DNA from: Tubiluchus corallicola
Taxonomy: Eukaryota > Animalia > Priapulida
Assembly: GCA_030141605.1 (NCBI GenBank)
Contig: JAQGDQ010000161.1
Location: 62,001 to 126,000, forward strand
Direction of reading: 5' to 3'
DNA length: 64,000 nt
Positions within the stretch are counted from its first letter, which is position 1, and each line of letters opens with the position of its first letter. Positions 63,001-64,000 of the stretch are shown here, piece by piece. The position numbers and the translations under genes are program-made. The notes below the pieces were generated by a model. It had not been told where the DNA came from. It searched no databases and was given only the letters and a program-made list of their open reading frames with translations.

Positions 63001-63143
63001 TGTCCGCCCTTCTGAAGTAGAACACGAGCCGACGAAGATGTTTTACAAGCGGGAATTGTTCCTCAGTTCCGTGGAAGATACCAATCCAATGCTGAGTATC
63101 ACTGGAAAGTGTTGTGTTCTCAACTTCAGGGACTATTGCACAA
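35696..63143 (+). CDS. PBRM1: Polybromo-1 / BAF180 (PBAF chromatin-remodelling subunit); gene continues past the window end
   Basis: Six tandem bromodomains then two BAH domains, assembled from phase-consistent GT-AG exons: 35696-35785, 37324-37421, 38120-38267, 38841-39110, 40074-40181, 40758-41017, 41451-41668, 42870-43048, 44766-44927, 48146-48219(or 48261), 48755-48767, 49613-49741 (alt 50205-50312), 51207-51338, 52224-52402, 53191-53317, 54473-54640, 56216-56350, 57302-57520, 58476-58688, 59962-60186, 60982-61083, 61459-61683, 62381-62541, 62971-63143. The HMG box is expected downstream. Confidence 0.95.
37324..37421 (+). CDS. PBRM1: PBRM1 exon, bromodomain 1 start
   Basis: QEICQELYDTIRNKKDDDGRVICEAFIRAPKRR. 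Confidence 0.9.
38120..38267 (+). CDS. PBRM1: PBRM1 exon, bromodomain 1
   Basis: NVPEYYEVVSDPVDLLRIQQKLKMEEY...NAKAFFK. Confidence 0.92.
38841..39110 (+). CDS. PBRM1: PBRM1 exon, end of bromodomain 1 and acidic linker
   Basis: ADTVEYADASYLQELY...EEEEEE...TPQVTQ; tacag| acceptor and |gtaaaa donor. Confidence 0.88.
40074..40181 (+). CDS. PBRM1: PBRM1 exon, bromodomain 2 start
   Basis: EQLDDMLEEMFSAVYNTEDPPDRPISLAFRILPSQT. Confidence 0.88.
40758..41017 (+). CDS. PBRM1: PBRM1 exon, bromodomain 2
   Basis: YPDYYAIIENPIDL...NAKIFNKPGSQIYRDA...KTSERIR. Confidence 0.92.
41451..41668 (+). CDS. PBRM1: PBRM1 exon, BD2-BD3 linker with poly-Asp tract
   Basis: TRRSQGNFERMSAIAASLDYPES...DDDDD; phase 2 in, phase 1 out. 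Confidence 0.85.
42245..42450 (-). mobile_element. tRNA-like repeat, same family as 34850-35060
   Basis: Shares ATTTGA(A/G)CCAGGGAC...CACTAG(G/A)CC-like segments and AACCAAATTCAGCATTTCCAGT with the upstream copy. Confidence 0.55.
42870..43048 (+). CDS. PBRM1: PBRM1 exon, bromodomain 3
   Basis: LYNSIKNFEDEDGEVLSEPFLKLPSKRLYPDYYLEIKHP. Confidence 0.92.
43336..43898. mobile_element. PIF/Harbinger-like MITE
   Basis: TIRs GGGGCCATCCACATATAAC / GTTAGATGTGGATGACCCC; 3-bp flanks ata / aca. Confidence 0.65.
44766..44927 (+). CDS. PBRM1: PBRM1 exon, bromodomain 3 C-terminal half
   Basis: KGKYRCVDGLVADFNLMFENAKRYNMPGSAIHKAA. Confidence 0.92.
45055..45424. mobile_element. hAT-like MITE
   Basis: TIRs CAGAGCTGTTTTAA / TTAAGATGGCCCTG; 8-bp TSD gatttaaa / gacttaaa. 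Confidence 0.65.
46364..47146. mobile_element. Tc1/mariner/pogo-like MITE
   Basis: TA|CAGTAGGCGCTGCTTAATAGACT ... AGTCTATTAGGCGGCACCTACTG|TA. Confidence 0.8.
48146..48261 (+). CDS. PBRM1: PBRM1 exon, BD3-BD4 linker (two candidate phase-2 donors at 48219 and 48261)
   Basis: QKAVNSSEDEQEVAAPPPTEEKRE...; taaag| acceptor in phase 0. Confidence 0.7.
48755..48767 (+). CDS. PBRM1: PBRM1 13-nt micro-exon
   Basis: ttttctcttttgcttatag|CCCTACAAAGCTG|gtagtg; converts phase 2 to phase 0, which the model needs to reach the next exon. Confidence 0.65.
49613..49741 (+). CDS. PBRM1: PBRM1 exon A, linker and bromodomain 4 first helix
   Basis: REPESEDELFKAVKRKPGRKSSEGPQVVKRNLKILFNSVMDYR; phase 0-0. Confidence 0.85.
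49815..50060 (+). mobile_element. Degenerate SINE-like repeat with a 5S-rRNA-like segment
   Basis: AAGTTAAGCAAC...AGCACTAAATGGATGG resembles the 5S internal control region; shares GCATTAAGTAGGCC with a segment at about 38435. Confidence 0.3.
50205..50312 (+). CDS. PBRM1: PBRM1 exon B, candidate mutually exclusive alternative to 49613-49741
   Basis: KKKPKPKEPKKKSKPKPRQRQLTNMKKLCKAIYNAK; cataag| acceptor and AAG|gttgta donor; 108 nt, phase 0-0. Confidence 0.6.
51207..51338 (+). CDS. PBRM1: PBRM1 exon, bromodomain 4 ZA loop
   Basis: DETGRYPVGIFIVLPSRKDYPDYYQVITEPIDM. Confidence 0.92.
52224..52402 (+). CDS. PBRM1: PBRM1 exon, bromodomain 4 C-terminal half
   Basis: YPNESALLADFRLMFNNARHYNEEGSQVYQDA. 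Confidence 0.92.
52594..52884. mobile_element. Degenerate Tigger/pogo-like MITE
   Basis: GTTGACTTACGACC near the left end, GATCGTAAGTACGCGACTACCTA near the right end; a similar terminus TACAGGCAGTCGTTGACTTATGACC occurs at 42202. Confidence 0.4.
53191..53317 (+). CDS. PBRM1: PBRM1 exon, bromodomain 5 start
   Basis: KIHSVYDYLKQYSDSKGRVLSSIFMRLPSKQ. Confidence 0.92.
53793..54393. mobile_element. Tigger/pogo-like MITE
   Basis: TA|CAGTAAGTCCTCGCTTAAC ... GTTAAGCGAAGAAAGGTG|TA. Confidence 0.55.
54473..54640 (+). CDS. PBRM1: PBRM1 exon, bromodomain 5
   Basis: EYPEYYEIIRKPIDM...NACRFNEPDSLIYK. Confidence 0.93.
56216..56350 (+). CDS. PBRM1: PBRM1 exon, BD5 end and BD6 start
   Basis: DALTLQRLLL...VPDVRTAVQELLTNIYVSVINHQ. 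Confidence 0.92.
56545..56820. repeat. Degenerate minisatellite (core GCATTGCA, about 26-33-bp period)
   Basis: About 9 recurrences of (G)CATTGCA(G/A) followed by TGTG/TGCAGTTT-like segments. Confidence 0.65.
57302..57520 (+). CDS. PBRM1: PBRM1 exon, bromodomain 6
   Basis: ENGRCFSDSL...IKKNLDRGCYRRLDVFQSDMF.VFQRARRLNRTDSE. Confidence 0.93.
58476..58688 (+). CDS. PBRM1: PBRM1 exon, BD6 end
   Basis: IYEDAVELQQFFIQVRDSLTRSGELLQSPA...KLPIEQKED; an alternative donor at 58679 is possible. Confidence 0.9.
59962..60186 (+). CDS. PBRM1: PBRM1 exon, BAH1
   Basis: YVIGDFVYIEPREADLEPHIVCIERMW...WYYRPQETYHAQTRKFLEK. Confidence 0.94.
60982..61083 (+). CDS. PBRM1: PBRM1 exon, BAH1
   Basis: EVFKTEY...GKCYVMFVKDYFKAKPE. 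Confidence 0.93.
61459..61683 (+). CDS. PBRM1: PBRM1 exon, BAH1 end
   Basis: GFADADVYVCESRY...RVPSVFA...IDKERP. Confidence 0.93.
62381..62541 (+). CDS. PBRM1: PBRM1 exon, BAH2 start
   Basis: GCTYYE...FKLGDCVYVRSE...IARIEKMW. Confidence 0.93.
62971..63143 (+). CDS. PBRM1: PBRM1 exon, BAH2
   Basis: YFRGPWFVRPSEVEHEPTKMFYKRELFLS...GKCCVLNFRDYCT. Confidence 0.93.
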
Positions 63144-63414
63144 GTATGACTGAGTTTTCTCTATTTGTTCCCTACGTAGCTTGTTTTCAAGAACATTGTT
63201 TGACAATTTTATGCACTGGTACACTGCACATCAGAAAGCACTTACAGGGGGGTGGGGTCTATTCGAAGGCAGTGTTTGTGGCGTGATCGGAACTTGGCTC
63301 AAGATAAAGAATATCTCTCTAAGATGAGTCACTAAACCAACAGAGGTATGTCACCCTTGTTTGTATGTATTGTGCATGCTTTATTTACAGAGTAAGCAGC
63401 CAGGGTGTATGCAA

Positions 63415-63490
63415 ATGAAACGTCCCAAAGCGAGTATCGAACCCAGGTCAGTGACGCAAAGTGTTAGTGCCTTATCAACTCAGCCGTTCA
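63415..63490 (-). mobile_element. tRNA-derived SINE-like head (degenerate)
   Basis: Minus strand reads GGCTGAGTTGATAAGGCAC...CTGGGTTCGATACTC, resembling A and B boxes; no clean cloverleaf seen. Confidence 0.35.
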
Positions 63491-64000
63491 ACCTTGCCAC
63501 ATTGTCGATAGTTTTCAAATGAATTGTCCAAACTGAAATACTTTTTGCGATAAATAGGTTTTAGTAAATAGTTACAAACTACCTCTCAAAAGGTTAAATA
63601 TGGGTTACAATAATAATAATAATAAAAGCTTTAGTTAAAGTAGATAACACTTTAACCATGTATCAGTTATATTATAAGTGGTCCACAAAGAATATGCTTA
63701 CTGTACAATATAGTATGATAGATTAATTAAAATCACATGAACATACAAATAAAAAATTAAGGAAATTAAAAAATAATGCACAAAACAGAAACAAAATAGC
63801 TAGAACATATTATATAAAAAGGTTGAGCTGACAATAAGGATGATAAAGACAAATTAAGAATTATTAAAGGCATAAAAAGCTTTACAATCTACTCTACAAA
63901 ATGACATTTTGTTTCTCAAATAATTAAATAATGCTTTTCTACGTGAATGTACATTTGCGCAGCTAGTAATATGGGGAGGTTTTACATTTTAGTGAGACCG

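Overview
AT-rich, intron-rich animal (invertebrate) genomic DNA, not prokaryotic. From left to right: (1) the 3' end of a Ty3/gypsy LTR retrotransposon whose pol stops right after RNase H and is followed by a PPT and LTR, implying the Gmr1-like integrase-before-RT order; an assembly gap follows. (2) A spliced Gq-type rhabdomeric (melanopsin-like) opsin gene on + (about 3.8-14.2 kb, about 560 aa, about 220-aa C-tail) with a 42-bp minisatellite in one intron. (3) A convergent gene on - encoding a secreted 448-aa Tyr/Ser/Pro/Gly-rich protein with about 20 (R)SYEPAG repeats, with a TATA box and a non-coding first exon. (4) A transposon-rich block (21-35 kb) with two head-to-tail non-autonomous Helitrons, decayed CR1/L2-type LINEs, MITEs and tRNA-like repeats. 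(5) The polybromo-1 (PBRM1/BAF180) gene on + from 35696 past the window end, covering six bromodomains and two BAH domains. My splice model for it needs a 13-nt micro-exon and shows a probable pair of mutually exclusive exons at the start of bromodomain 4. All exon boundaries were read by eye from GT-AG sites and reading-frame phase; no database searches were run.
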